Source of the DNA: the human T2T-CHM13v2.0 reference genome, Homo sapiens
Assembly: GCA_009914755.4 (NCBI GenBank)
Contig: CP068257.2
Location: forward strand, 27,872,001 to 27,936,000
DNA length: 64,000 bases
Direction: 5' to 3'
Part shown: positions 39,593 to 55,491 of the stretch, piece after piece
Position numbering within the stretch: the stretch's first letter is position 1
Layout: each line of letters opens with the position of its first letter
The notes under the pieces: model-generated
The model's input: the letters and a program-made list of their open reading frames with translations, nothing else
Told to the model about the DNA's origin: nothing
The model's database searches: none
Made by a program: the position numbers and the translations under genes

Positions 39593-42163
39593 AGTTTATG
39601 CCTATGGTAGTGGGAATGCATTTTTCTCAAGCTACAAACTTGGATTTGCAAACAAATTATGTGATACTATTTAAAAAAATAGAACTCACCTTAGCTTAGA
39701 GGTTCCCCATCTGCTAGTGTGTCTTATCAACTCAAGGTAATTAATTCACTTTTGGTTTAAAATGCTTTCTTTTGGTTAATGTTTTAGTTAATGCAAGCCT
39801 CTCTCCACATCCCTTCTCTCTTCTCTTCTTTCCAAGGGTCAGCTGGGATAAGGAGAAGTGTCTAGAGGGCCCAGGATCAGCTAGTCCAAGGCCACCCTCT
39901 GTCCTTTTGTCTTCCATGGGGATGTGACATCCTACTAGGTCATGAACACTGATTTCTGTCTCTGCTGTGCCCTCTGAGATGACCATGGTCCCAGTGTCAC
40001 ATCCACACACCCTGTGTCTTTCCCGCTCTAACCTCAAGTCTTCCAGTCCACTGGTTCTCTCAGCCCTTCCACACATGCCTCTTGGGTGAGAAGAGCCATG
40101 GATTTTTGGCTGTTTTCCCTGCATTCTCTGAGATTGAGGAAGACACTATGTATGAAACATTCCATAGCTTCACTGCCTACACGCTGTTATTCTGCCATTC
40201 CGGAGACAGTGGCATACAAAATGTCTCTACAAGTCTTATCACCTCCTGGCCCTTCACCCTGTGAAGTAAAAATGGCATTTTCTGTCCAGGATTCCCTTTT
40301 AATTTTTCTGTGGTTTCTATTCTTCTTCATCCTCCCAAGTGTGAACTTGGCTCAGAGATGGTAAGTGGTTTAGGAATAGCCTCCTCACAGAGATTAAGGT
40401 AGTATCTAACCTTTGTGACTTTCCTCCAATTTTCTCTTTCCTAATGGTCAGAATCTGGTCTGGGGTAGGTAAATCAGGTAGTAAAATATCATTATCTCTG
40501 TTTCTCCAACCTTAGCCTTTTGGGTTTTGGCTCTGGCCAATTATAGATAAACTTTTTTGAATTATAACAACTTACATATTCAATGAAACATCTGGATCTT
40601 GCAATTAAAAACCATGGTTTCCAAGATTTTTCTCTGTGCTACAAATCTGCAAGGACTACTTAACATCTCAAAAGCTAAAAGTTTAACTCATTTTTAGTTT
40701 GAGAACAGTTCATATAAAAACTCCCATACTTGATGGTAGGAAGAAGGGTAGGGATAAAAACAATAGAAAATAAATGCACTCTGTCCTCTTTATTTCTCCT
40801 TGTCTGTCTTTAGAAGAAACACTAAGTTACACTTACAGAATAGAGTCTTCCTATGAGGTCCAGTCTCATTTATCATCCTCTTTTGTGAATTGTGAATGTG
40901 TATTCATTTCTACAGCTTCAAATAGCTTCCTAGGTACGTATCTCTTTTTTGTCTTGTTTTACCTGGTCTGTAGGCTCATTAAGGTCAAGAACAATTCTAC
41001 TTCTGTAAAATTCACTCTGTCTGTAATGATTTGCTTATGATTCATTAGATGGGAACCTTCTTGCTTCTTGATGTCATGATGGCTAGTGGGGCCATTTTCT
41101 CTATATCCAGGGGAGGCCTTTCTGCCTTGAAGTACTGGCAGGACACAGTCATTCTGATGGCAATAAGAATTTCATGTGTCCAAGAGAGACACATAACCAT
41201 ATAAAGAAATGTAGAAACAAAAATCTCTTTTTATCACTGCTTCTATGTTTTTTGTTTTTATTTCCTTCCCATTTTCTACTAGAGTCAAACAATATTGTGG
41301 TTGGCAGAGAACTTCAAATGCAACCTCCTCATTCCACAGATGAAGAAACTGAGGTTGAGGGAAGTAAAATGACTTGCCCAAAGACACACAGCCCTTTAGC
41401 AGCAGTGTGGAAACCTGAGTTCTTGGCATGTGATTCCCAAGTCACCTGTCTATTGGGCCATGCCCATCGTTCAGAGTTCGTTTGGTTGATAAGACAACAT
41501 CAACTTGTATATTAGAAACGTTATTTCTAAATTGATGTTAATTGCTTCCTGGCTTTTCTAATAATTAATGAATGTTTGAGTTTTCAGGCAAAGGAAAACC
41601 TCTTTGCACGATTACAAAAATAACCTAATTAAAGAGACTTTTGCAAATCACTTGCTAAATAAGTTGATCCGACTCCAGAGAAATAGAACTGAAGACTCTT
41701 GGAAGCATCTGATAATATGCCAAGGAACACCGAGGAAAGATAAATACCAAGGTTGAGTGGGTTATCAAATGACAGTAATTTCTTGGTTTTTGTGGCTGGT
41801 AAACTGATCAGGACTGCTTTCATGTCTTAGGTTGAAAAATCAGAATATTTGAATATTTTAAGTCTAAACCCTCCAGTTGAAAAACTGGGGAGAAAGACAA
41901 TTCTGGTCAAGTTAAATTAAAATATTTTAGTTGCTAGGGGGAAATACAGTAACTTTATTCCATCATCCAGGTCTTACTCATTTTTGTGTCTTATCTGGAT
42001 GTATGCATTGCAACATGGACACACATTGTTGTGTACTTTGGGCCATTAGCCGTATTTGGGCTGACAACAACAAAGTTCAAATTCTGCAGGGTTTCAAATT
42101 CACACACTGCATTTGTAATGTTGACTTTCTATCACAAGGATGTTCATATCTTTGCAATTAGAA

Positions 42164-42232
42164 ATTCTTAGAAAATTTGATTTTCTTAGAAAAAGCAAAA
42201 ATGATTTTCTTAGAAAAAGCAAAAATGATTTT
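42164..42232 (+). repeat. Short tandem duplication of about 2.7 copies of a 25-bp unit (ttcttagaaaaagcaaaaatgattt)
   Basis: gattttcttagaaaaagcaaaaatgattttcttagaaaaagcaaaaatgattttaaaatg. Confidence 0.85.
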
Positions 42233-42888
42233 AAAATGCTTGTGCATATGGACATAAAATTCCATAACTGTGAGAAGCATAATGAGATGTTTCCTAAAGG
42301 CAAGTTAAAACTGCAGCATCAAGCAGAATTTTTTTTTATTATCTACAAGAGTTAATTAATAATACCATTTGGCACTGTTAGATGTTCAGAAAATAGTCTA
42401 ATAAGTAAGACTGCTTTGCTTTCCTTTTGCTGTTAAAGGCTGTTCAGACTCTCTAAATTGCTTACTAGGAAATAGACCTTGTGGTATAAGGGTCATGTGC
42501 TTGGAAACTAATTGGGATTCATTGTAGTACTGCATTGCCACAGATGGCTCATACAGAACATAATATAATATCAGTCAAATGCAGTGAGGTATTTGGAAAT
42601 AATTTTCCTTGGATAGGTTTATAATCATATGATCCAGCTGATTTTCCCAACGGCAAGATTCCTACCCACCATGTATTCCTTAAATAGCTCCAATTTTGCT
42701 TGAAAAACTCTCTAAAATAATTCAATTTATAATTTTAGTTTAAAACAAAGTAAAATATAAAGCTTAATTTTTTTCCCTTATTTCATTAGGTTAGAAGCAA
42801 ACTTATTAGGAAACAAATTGGACAACACTATGTTTCATTGCTGTTGATGCATTTGTTCAGTCTTTGTTTGTTTGTTTATTGATTTATA

Positions 42889-42963
42889 GAGATGAGGTCC
42901 CACCATGTTGCCCAGGCTGGTCTTGAACTCCTGGGCTTACAGGTGTGAGCCACCACTACCAGC
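42889..42963 (-). mobile_element. Internally deleted Alu fragment, antisense
   Basis: gagatgaggtcccaccatgttgcccaggctggtcttgaactcctgggc|ttacaggtgtgagccaccactaccagcc. The segment between is missing. Confidence 0.75.
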
Positions 42964-43661
42964 CACTTGTTCAATCTTTTAATGCCTCCCTGCTCTCTGC
43001 TAAGCTTAAACAGTATTTTTCAAAGTATAATCCACAGACAATCTGTTATTATTTAACAAAAACTCATGCTCAACAGCTAATCTGAAATAAAACTAGTAAA
43101 ACCACTATATTCAAGCTAGTTTTAATAAAAACTCATGTTTACTATCTACTTTTAAATAATGCAACTACCGTTAGGATTGTTGGGGAAAAAAATGTAAGAA
43201 AAGCTATTTAAAAAAATAAAAATAAAAACACCCTTGTATTGGAGATCCTTTTAAGAAGGAATCATGTATGTGACTTAATTTGGGAAAAAACTGCTACGTT
43301 CAAGCTAATTTTTATGAAAACTAATGTATACAACTAGTTTTAGTCATTCACTTTCAGGCTTCATTGTAAATGCAGATTCCTGGACTCTTCCTACTGAGGA
43401 GAAAGGTCGAGAGGTAGAGCCTGTAAACAGCAGTTTGGATAATTTCCCCAGGTGGTTCTGATTTACACCAAAGTAGGAGAACTAATAATGTAAACATAAA
43501 GCTTGAAAAAAAAATTGTTTTCCTTTCATATTCAAGTCTTTTGTTCTACAGTTCGCTTGAAATGCAGTGGTTCCTGGTCGGGTCACTGTGGTCTTAGCAT
43601 CCATTGACATGATGGCAAGAACTGGTTGAGAATCAGTATAAAGGGAGAAAGAGAAGAGTGT

Positions 43662-44062
<401 letters not shown>

Positions 44063-47000
44063 CTAGCTCTATAGTTTTAAAACTAATCATGATATCAATT
44101 GAATATCATAAAATTTCCACCTCAAAGCTGTGCAGGTTTTTCCTGAATTCTAAGTGGAAAGGGTCTGTCAGATTGAATGCCGAACATGTGTTGTACATAC
44201 TGCATAGGATTAGTGGCTCTACCTCTGCAATCAATCAAGCAATCAACAGCAATGATTTATTGAGTTCTAATTATGTACATAAGTTTGTGCTTTAGCTTAG
44301 TGGTTCTCAGCGTTTCCAGCACATTAAAATCAACTGGGCATCTGAAAAAATTACCATTGTCATGCCCCAACTAATTAAATTAGAATTTCTAGAGACGAGG
44401 TCCAGAGCTTCTACTATAGATCTTCACATATTACCAGTTTGGGTCCTTCTTTCGAGTGCAGTGACCTCTGCCATTGATTTGTAATGCTTGTACAAGAAAA
44501 ACTGCTCTTAGAGATAGAGCTTGAGCCTCTAAATTAGAAAACCAATTTTCTAAACCAGATTCCATTTTAAGATGCTTGATAAATTTTAGTTACTGCCCAT
44601 GTGACCAGAGAACAATACTTAGTTTCTCCAGAAGGTACCAACAGTTGTTAACGGATATATATTAACAGGACTTTTATTAATTATTTCATTTTCTATGCCA
44701 TGATTTTATTTAATTATCATAGTAAATGTATAAAGTCCATAATATTACCTTCATTTTACAAGTAAGAAAATTGAGGCTTAGAAATTTACTCTAAAGAATA
44801 CATAATTATTTATTGAGTGGCTACTATGTGCCAAGCACAATGCAAGATGTCTTGTACACTATTATGGGATGAGATTCACATGATCATACCTGTGTTCCCT
44901 TGAGGATGATCTGTGGAACACTGGTCTGTCAAGATGCTGTGGGGAAAAAAATCTGCAATCTAATAGGCTTCAGAAGTGCTGAATACTTTTCTACTTTGTT
45001 GAAAATTCTCAATGCGCAAAAACTTGTGACGCACACTGAGATAGCATGTAGTAAAGGAACATTTAGAGTGACGCTCTATGGGTTATTTAACTATGAAAAT
45101 TCTATTTGAGAAACATTTGCCAATTGAACACATTTTGAAAAACACCCCTACAAAACTTTGTGTTCCAGAAATTTTGTCCCACTGCTACATATTAAGAAAT
45201 TGAGACTGAGAAGTTTGGTAACTTGCCTGCAGTCATTCAGCATGTGGCTCTGCTAGAACCTGAATCTAAGTTTGGCTGTTTTAGAAAATTTTCTTCTGCT
45301 TCTAAAATCTATAACTACAGGTCGATGATGGATATCTACTTCTCTGTTAGTAAAGCTGAATTTAAATTGTTGAAAGGATCAAATGTAATGTATGTGAAAA
45401 CATTTTGAAAACTATAAAATAATACATAAATGTCAGAATTAGGTAGTATACAGTCTAAAGTAGTATAGAAATATTAACTTTTGAAAGAGATCATTTCTTT
45501 ATCCAAATCTCTGAATTACACTTTTAAGTAATAGTCTCTGCAGAAAGTTAAGTTTTGTCAGTTATTGTTAATTTTGATTGTCAATACTTCATCAATCACA
45601 CTTGAACTCTTTTGGTAGCATTTTTGGTTTATTAAATTGTCTTTGGGAGAGTAAACTTAGGAAATTTGTGGTTTCTATATACTGAATCCATGAAATATGA
45701 AACTAAGAATAATGTCATATTCATCCCAACATCTGATTCTATTGATTATGAAAATGTGAACTCTGACCTGGGACAAATAGTATGTTGCTTCTAGTTTAAT
45801 AATAATAAAACAATGTTAGTGTAATTTATGATATTTTCTTCTGAGTACATTTCTTTAAAGAAGGAAGCAAAGCTGAGAAACAATCAGGATAAGAATCAAC
45901 TAGTCAACTTTCCTGAATATGCTTTACTGGAGAAATATACAGTTGATTGGAGAAGCCTGTGGCTTCCAAAACTGGGAGCCATTTAAAGCTAAGCAAAGAG
46001 AAGGTAAAATGCTGTATGATTGCACAGATGGCATATCTCTACTTCAAGGAAGTGCTTTAGGGGATTTCTTGATATGTCAAAAGATAATCCCATTAAGAAA
46101 AGAATAAAGACCAACTGATCCCATATTTAGAAAAGATGAAACACACCTTCAACTCTCTTATTCACTAGTGAGGAATCATCAGATATTCTCTGTCACAACA
46201 AATTAAATGTGCAAGAGGTTTTTTATGTCACCTGGTTGAGTTAGCATGGAAATTATTTACAGCACTTTGAATGCAGATGGAAAATGAATCTACAGAGATC
46301 TGTAACTAATGTGTATGGACATTCTTTCCTTTATTTTTTCCTTCTTGCCCGTTTCCCCAGAATACTTTAAATGAATTAATAATAATGATGGATCCAAAGA
46401 AATAACTGTGAAAATGGTGATGTTCAGAAAAGATTGTTCCAAGAACAACCCCTCTATCTAGGGTAAGTGGGAAGGAAGTGAAATAACATCTCGTAGAAAG
46501 ATGTTCATCAATGCAAAGTGAGTGGTAAATAGAAATGAATTAGTACATAGCTTAGGACTTTGCTGGGATCTTCAAAGAAGTACTATATAGCTTGAAAAAT
46601 ATCACCATTCCTTAGAGACTCAGAACCTACAGAAGACTGTTAAATTCTACAAGTAAATGTTATTTGAGAGTTTGAGGTTAATGAATTTCTGCCCAGGAAT
46701 TATTCTTGACTGTGTTCTGTTTCCATGAGTGATGTTCAACATAGCTAGTGCTCTTCTGTGACACCAGAGGTTTCAAGTTTAGTTTTCTTTCTGTGGATCA
46801 CGGTTTTTAAATCTTTAAATGCTAAGACACTTTTGAGTCTTTGTGTAAATAATACATTTTAAATCGTGGAATCAGTTTCAATTAAAAATTAACATTGTTA
46901 TGGAGTTATGTGTGTACTGTTGAAAAGGTAAGGGTTTTGGGTAGTTTGAAAATACGCAGATCTACACAATATATGAGACAGGGAGAAGAAAAGAGGAGGG

Positions 47001-48889
47001 AACAAAGTTCACAAAGATGAAAAGAAGTCCATAGAATTAGCATCGTGTTTCCATGCTTTGCCCTGTTGAAAGTCTGAATCTCCTTTTTCATGAAGGAAGA
47101 GTTACTTATTTTTAATGCATGAAGATAGAACTAAGATGATGAGTGGGACAGAGAAGATTCCTGTAAATACACATTTCTAGAAGTCTTTATACCCCTAATA
47201 TGCCCCTGCTTCAACATACAGTGCAAGTATCTTTCCAGTGTATTCATTTCAATGTCTAGAATACATGAGTTTTGCTATCCTAAAGGAATAGAGAATTGTG
47301 GCTATTTATGCTTAGCAAATACAAATATCAACAACACCAATTAGCAAAAACATTTTCTACTGGGCACATCTTTTTTTTTTTTTTTAAACTGATTACACAG
47401 TATGAACTGAGGACTGTTTTCGAATCCCTCTCTCCTCTCGAATTAATTTACCACATTCTAAATCCGTAGATAAAGTAGTTCCAGAAGTGGAGTTGGTTGG
47501 ATGGGTTTGCTTACATTGCAGTCCATAAAAGAAACAAAAAGCCTTGCATGCAAAAGAAATGAGAAAAAAATATAGAAAAATGAATAAATCAGAAGCAAGA
47601 ATGAATGTTTAAATGAAAATTTACATCACATGAAGCTGGCAACTATGAAAAGCACATTAAAGCATCATATATACAAGCTTTTATTTTCCAAATTAGTTGC
47701 ATAAAACAAGACACCTCAAGAGCAAATTGAAAGTTAAAGCAGATCAGTTCATTCTCCCTTTGAATTAAAGAAACAGCTTCTTATAACAAGAGCTTTGGAA
47801 AGGGGTGTTCATTGTTGTCATAGTTGCCTTGTAATTCTGGGGAAGATTTTCATGTGAAACCAGGTTATAATGAATCATCCCCAGTTTTGGGCCCTTAAGG
47901 AGGGCTTCCACTTAAAGAAAGTGGATCTATTATCAGATTATTAATCAGAACCAGCCACATAATTTGCAGGGTCCAGTGCGAAATGAAAATATGGGACACT
48001 TTGTTCAAAAATTATTTAGAATTTCAAGATGACAGGAGAGCATTAAACTGGCTCTGTCATTAATAGTCATAGTCTTAAAATTCTAACAATATTTAAAAAT
48101 TCAAAGCAGAGCCTGATTCACTATGATGACCATAAACTTTATATTTTGTTTATTCTAGCATGGTTATGAAGGAATTATCTTAAATCACAATCAGCCTTTT
48201 CAAAAGAGTGTAAGTTGATTTCCTTCAAAAATGGTGTGATTTCCTTCAGAAATAAAAGTAGTAGGCAAAAATGGTCAACTACTAAAGTTGTCCTATAATC
48301 CCAAACACAATTTAGAAAAATAAAGTCTCATATACATTGCATTTTCATTTTGTATTGTTTATGACATTCCTGGCAAAAAAAAATTTGAGGTGATATATCC
48401 TTTTACAAATCTTACTTTGATAGAAGTGTTCAATTTCGTAGTATGACTTTTACATATTTATATAAATTGTTTTGCATTAGTACATGTGCTCAGAATCTAT
48501 ACTTAAGGGCTGGTAACATTTCTGTTAAATATCTTTTTATATCTTTTCCAATTTTGGATTTATTTTTGCCTTTTTCCATCTAGGGTTTCTATCTTACGAG
48601 CAAACAACAGTTCAAAAATTAACTGAGTTTGGAATTTCTGCACTGTCTTTCCAAATAATGCTAATTGGATTTAGTGTATAAGCCCCTTCCTTGTCGTTAA
48701 TAAATGATGGACCTGCAGTGCCCACAGCACCTGGCAGGGATTCAATAGCTCTCTGCTCTAACTCAAAAATGGCTCTTCTGGGCATCTAATTCAATAGACT
48801 GAAAAAGAGCAAACATCCTTAAAAACCCCCAAACTTAAGACAGATAATGCAAACTATAAACTAACCAGTCCTAGAAAGAGATGACTCAC

Positions 48890-49140
48890 CTGTTCAATAT
48901 CATTATTCTTCCGTGATTTGTATATGAATTCTCCAATAGCTACAAATACAGAAAGGACCAGTCCGGCAGCCAGAACAATGAAGATGCCTCCAATATTTTC
49001 CACTCCCAGGGCACTGGCTTCTTTGTTGTCTTCCTCGGGGCAGCCATTCCCACGCCACCACTTCTCTTTCATCATATGCAGCTTCCCTTCTTCTTGGAGT
49101 TGAAGAATAGCAATAGTAATTTTATCCCGGTAAGGAGAAC
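48890..49140 (-). CDS. GRIK1: Next coding exon of GluK1. It encodes the end of S2 plus the M4 transmembrane helix and proximal C-tail, (G)[83 protein letters not shown]. It is 251 nt, with its first 2 nt completing the Gly codon begun in the previous exon, and ends on a codon boundary.
   Basis: Minus-strand ORF 48854..49174. The acceptor is ttttacttccag|GTTCTCCTTAC (intron AG at 49141-49142) and the donor is GAACAG|gtgagt (GT at 48888-48889). G|GT joins with the previous exon to give ...GTPIG-SPYRDK..., exactly the kainate-receptor junction. The [10 protein letters not shown] tail matches GluK1, not GluK2 (KSKKNAQLEK) or GluK3. The hydrophobic stretch [25 protein letters not shown] is M4. The ORF's N-terminal [11 protein letters not shown] (TTG start) and C-terminal [11 protein letters not shown] are intronic read-through. 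Confidence 0.9.
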
Positions 49141-52100
49141 CTGGAAGTAAAACCATCTGGATATTGGTCACCAAAATGTTGAAGAAGACATCCAGAAGTA
49201 TTCTTAATTATCATCTTTGTCATAACTATGTTACGGCTGTTGTGAGACCCCAATCCACAAATTGACTTGCAAAGGACAGGAAAGTTCACTCCTATATTTT
49301 GAAGGCACTATATAATTGGAAAGAAGATAGCTGACATGTTGAGATTAACTTTGGCCCCGATTGTTTGCTCCTTTTAAATAAGGAGAAGCAAAGCTAGGAA
49401 TTCTATGACATGTCTTTGTTTCTGGTGAGATCATTATGAGTCTTTTCACATGTCAAGAGATTTCACTGTGTAAGCTAAAAATAAAATTCTAAGCCCCCAT
49501 TGACTGAACGACCCTCTTTTGTAACCAAAGGGACCCCAGAAAAAGCTTAAGAACTTAGTTTGCAGCCATACCGGAATGGGAGGTCAGACAGAGCAGTCTA
49601 TTTGTGGCAATAAGATATCAAATTATAAACAGAACTGAAGGCCATGCCAGACAAGGGTTAAGTCACACAGCCTTGGACTTAAAAAATAAACTATGCTCCA
49701 ACTGCTACAAGGCTTTTCTTTTTCTCAAGGAGGTAAACAAGCACTGGCCTCAAGATAAGCAATATTAAAACAACTACAGCTCATCCAACTCTTAGACACT
49801 GACTTCCAGCCCCTGTTCCACCAGATATACCTTTCATTAAACAAGATCCTGATTTCAGTAACTTTCTCCAGAGAAGAAGACCACCGACCTTAGACTGGTT
49901 CTGGTTGGATTAAAGAGAGTGTACCCTTGCATGCCATTGTGTCCTGCAAGACATTTTGACGTATAGAACCTAATTATAAAACCATTAAATGTTAAGTCTC
50001 TACCCCGAAGTGGACAAGGATTGTATGTTACATGCATTTTTGTTCAATATGCATGTGTCAGGATCATCTTCATAAATATTCATAGCTCCGCCTGTAACCA
50101 GTTTAATATGTATGTTTAGCCAACCCATTCGGCATAAAGCTCTTGCCCCAACCCCTCTTTTTTCAAAGTGCCTGTCTTTGATCTTGGTTGGACACATGTT
50201 TTCCAGCCTACGGGATGACCACCTTGCAGATTGTCACCCTTTAATTATGAAGAAATGAAGTCTCCATTTCTACTTTCCAAATTTATCGATATTGTGGTTA
50301 CATTTTTTAAGTTAGCAGTTATTTAGACCTTACTTTTTTCTAGGCTCTTTGTTGTCTCATATTGTGACTGGGCTTGGCTGGATGACCAGCAGTGCCATTT
50401 CTTCTTCTGAGGGGGAGTAACTAGACATTTCCCACCTCCCTTACAGTTCAGTGTGGTTATGTGACTGGTTTCTAGCCAATAGGAACTAAGATGATGTCTT
50501 CCCAACATGATCTTTGGCTCTCTCTCTTTTTCCAAATATATAGCAAGAAGGAAAGGATTTCAAGTCACTAGGAATGATGGAACCACAAAATAGAAGGAAC
50601 TTGAATAGAAGGAACTTTGAATAGAAGGATTGAAAGAAAGCAGAGCCTCTCTTTCAATCCGCACTGGACTGTGGCAAGATCAAGAAATTAACATTGAATG
50701 TGTAAGCCACTGAAAATTTGCAGATGTTGGTTAGTACATACTGATTAATGCACCTATTAAGATAAACTTAAGAGTAGGTTTTGAATAATTCAAATATCCT
50801 ACAAAATTCAGGTAGGTTTGGAAAATTTGCAAGGACTTTATTAATATTATTTATTCTCTATCTCCTAGTAATGCCACTGAACTTTTAATTATGTAAGGGT
50901 TGGAAAGTGCCAACATCTACCTGTAGACATAGCTTCTCAATACTGGATTTTGGTTAATCAATGCAAAGGAAGAGGCAAAGTAAGATTCTTTCAATTAATC
51001 TGTCCTTGAATGTGAAGAACTCTTGTTAGCATTTCTTCTACTCAGTAGAAAAGTAGTACACCCTGGTTTTCTCTATTTGCAAATGTTAAAGTTTTTCTTG
51101 GTGGAAGCACATTGATAAATGAGGCATCTTAGGACTAGAAGAAATCTTAGGAATGATACAGTCCAGTCCACTTACAGTTCAGTACACATTCCATTTTAGA
51201 ATGGAAGAAATTTAGGAACTGAAAGTATGAGTGAAACTGATAGTTGCTGGCACAGCCAAGAATCAAACTCAAGTTTCCTGACTTCTTACTTTTCAGTGTT
51301 GTTTTCACGACAGTGTTCCCAACCATTACTCCCACCCCTACATAAGCCTTATGTCCTATGGCATGGTTAAGTTAGAAAAACAGAAGGTTAACATTTGTGT
51401 CATTTGTTATCAGTTTTCCTTGTAAGACTTCCTGAAATAATCGTCAGCATTCAAAAGCAAGTTTAAAAGAAGAGCAAAATGCTTTGGAGTGAAATTATGG
51501 CTTATCAAGAGTATGAATTTTTGGTGAAAAAAATGGATATTGAAAACAAAATTAAAAGATATTGGCTGTTTGCTTAAATATCCTCAGAATAATGGCTAGT
51601 GTAAAAATTAGCACCATTGATATACCCATAGCAGGTGAGCAATTAAGTGAACCAAGAGCACTTTGCTTTAATGTACATGAAAGTGCTTTGAAGAGTGTAA
51701 GAATGATTCTTATGTTAGTTGTTGCAGTAATAATCCTAGGAGCATACACAGTGGGTGCTCAGTAAATGTTGACTGATGCTTTCCTTCTGCCTCCAGGCTG
51801 CGCAATACCTAAAACATTTCAGACAGATGAAAATCTGATCTCTGTTTAAAGTTGGTCTCTGAGAAAGATAATTTTCAGCCTCCTGGTAAGCTGTTCAAAC
51901 CTTAAATGCTCTTATTCTCTCAGAGTTTTACTTTAAATCTCTCAGGAGGTACATTTCCAGAGCTGTTGTCCTGAGTGTCTCTAAGAAGCAAAGTCTTCAA
52001 TTTTGTGTTGTGACTCTGCCAATCTTTGATTATGGGACAGAGCTTGCAGCCATAAGGGAGTTAGTCAGGGCAAGACTAGAAGTGTACAGATAATTTTTAA

Positions 52101-52186
52101 TATCTGAATATATTTTAACTTAAGTTTTTGTTGTTGTTGCTTAAATGAAGTAAATGACATTGGAAGTTATTATGTCACTTGAAATA

Positions 52187-52240
52187 TATATATATATATT
52201 TCATATATATATTTCACACACACACACACACACACACATA
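52187..52240. repeat. (TA)n then (CA)n compound microsatellite
   Basis: atatatatatatatttcatatatatatttcacacacacacacacacacacat. Confidence 0.9.
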
Positions 52241-54113
52241 TCTTCCTGAATAGCAACTAATCTTTTGTAAAGAGTCAATTCATCATAAAAGAAACATCTC
52301 ACAAATTTTTCCAACAGCTGTATTCTCAATGGATGTATTCTCCATGAGGTCTGCCATCTGTTCCAATTATTCCTTCATTGTTTTTGGTTTAAAAGCATGA
52401 CAGGTTTACAACAACTGTGAAAAATTCCTGGAGTGTATTTCTTTTCATCTAGGAAGTGGGGAAGGCTTTTCAACTTTGGAACTTGGGTGAGGTTGGCCAA
52501 AAGGAGACTGAATGGGTACCTTTGGATCTCTCTGTATTATATGTATATTTATATATATATTTTTTTGTATTATATGTATATTTAATATTAATGGTACTCA
52601 ACACTAGGTCAGCTTCATTCGCAGGAAAGCAGGTAGCGATTTTCAAAGTGCTGCATTCATTTAGGAAAGTGGTAGGAAGAAATGCATTGTTCCCTCCTAC
52701 CTCCAGCCCTGCGTCACTCACTGTACTATCAGAAATTTTAGCTTTCAAGTTATATTCCATGCTGTAGAAGGAATGTCAATTAAAAGTCTCATGTTAAAGT
52801 TCAAACGTTCTTAGGAGAGATGATACACATTGTTATTTTAAATCATTGTTAACAGACAGGAATTTTGGTGCCAAAAAGGGGTGTTGAAATGTGGTGGGGT
52901 AGGGTTATGAGGTGGGAGATAGAATGATAAAAGCACAGTTTTTGACTTTATAATTTAGTCTAGAGATGGTTCTATTAAGGAACTATAGTTACTCCTCTAC
53001 GAGGGTCTTGATTCTGCAAAAATTCAGGCAAAGGTACCTACTCTTGGTGTTCTCATCTGATCTATGGCCCGTTTAACTAAAATCAGCAGTGATGAGATAT
53101 AAAAAATAGCATCTAACTTCTCCCACTTTTATTATCTAAAATGAGGTGGTGAAGCTTGCTTGGGGCAATAGGACATTGTTTTGAAAGTCAAAAAGAGGTA
53201 TAATATCCTGTTAGCCAGTGCCAAATGATTCCCTGAGCCTCTTGGAAAACATGTTGACTAAATTATAGGAGAGCTTACCACTTGGGGCAAAATATACACT
53301 TCACTAGCGATATTAGTATTTTCATCAGTAGAAGTTATTGGAAATAAAGAAGCAAGAAGGTAGCTGTAAATCTTCTAGCCCAATCATTCTGCAGGAAAGT
53401 TATTTGGAGGACATAAATGATAACAATAATAATAAAGTTAATTTCTCCATAGCACATATTTCTAACACCAGGTAGTTAGCAGGAAGTCACATTGGCTGTG
53501 TATTCATGGTAAATATGGAAGATAGTTGAACTTTATCTGATTAGTTATATTCATATTAATTAAAAGTTGAATATATAAAATGCAGCTTTTTCTTTTTTAA
53601 TGAATTTGTTGCTAAATAAAAACATTAGGACAATTCACCTAAAATCTGGATTTTTTTTATTTTCTTAGAAAATGGAATATTCCACAATCTTGTTCTCAAA
53701 TTCCTACATGTCTACAACTCTCTGACTTGAAAGGCAGCTGTCTCTTTTAGGTATGTCATGTGGTCTGTAATTTTCCATAATTGCCACCGTTCCCTACTAC
53801 CTCCTGGCACAAGCATGCTTTGCTCACTTATGGTATCTGCTTGGCCTCTGTAAGCATTTTAGTTTGTGATCCCTGCATGATGTGGAGAGTCATATTGGAT
53901 CATCCCTTTCAAATGACAAAAATACTAATACCAACAAGCAAATCAAACCTACCTGGGGTCCTTAACGATATGGCTTGACTGTTAGCTATGATTTCTGGAC
54001 TTGCCCAGTAGTCTAGACAGTCCCTGATTCTTCTCCTTTGGAATGCTTACTAACAAATTACCAAGGGCTCACTTGGGAAGAGCAGGTTCCCACTATACCA
54101 GGACCTTATATGA

Positions 54114-54767
<654 letters not shown>

Positions 54768-55491
54768 ATGATACAGTTTTCTATAGAGAGGGAAAAAATA
54801 GAGAGGGAGTTTTCTATGGAAAGGAAATCACTAATTACCCCTTAAATTCTATTCATGTCTCCTATAGACGTACAAGAATGCATTGCTATATGGGTCTATA
54901 TACCTAGGCAATAATATTCCTAGGAGAGCAATAGCATGGAACTAAGGAATTTGAAGATTTTACATAGTTGGCATTGATTGAATGTAACATTGCCTGAGCA
55001 CATCAGACTTATAATTTAATCTTTATCCTTTTTCTTTTGACTGATATAGCCTTGCTTTTTCATCTATCATTATGGAACACTAGCCCTCTCACTTTTGCTG
55101 TCCATATGCAGAATCAACTTTCTTCTATTCTAATTTAAGGCAGATACATTATATAGGCATATATGGGTATTGAAGGAAACAATGTGAAGAGGATTAATTA
55201 GAAATATATTCTCTTTAAGATATTTGGGGTGAAATAATAAAATCTATATATTCTTAAACATGTGTTGGTAAAACTTGAAAGACACACTGGTTAAAAGTAT
55301 ATTAAGTTAAATATCTGGGAATCTGTAATTCAGACTATGTCTCTGATCTATATGGATGTTTACATTATTAGTTCACTAATGGCATTGTAGGCCTTCTCAG
55401 AATTTGGAATAAAGAACTCTGAGCCCATTGCCTTCTATACTGGTAACTGACATTCTGTATCTCAGTCTTGGTTCATGTCTACCCGTCTTAC

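Noticed and set aside
48854-49174. Full extent of the track ORFs overlapping the GRIK1 exons (48854-49174 and 55397-55738) as CDS
   Set aside because: Only 48890-49140 and 55492-55717 are exon. The ORF extensions ([11 protein letters not shown] from a TTG start, ...[33 protein letters not shown]...) run through the AG acceptor and GT donor into intron. They have no similarity to glutamate receptors.
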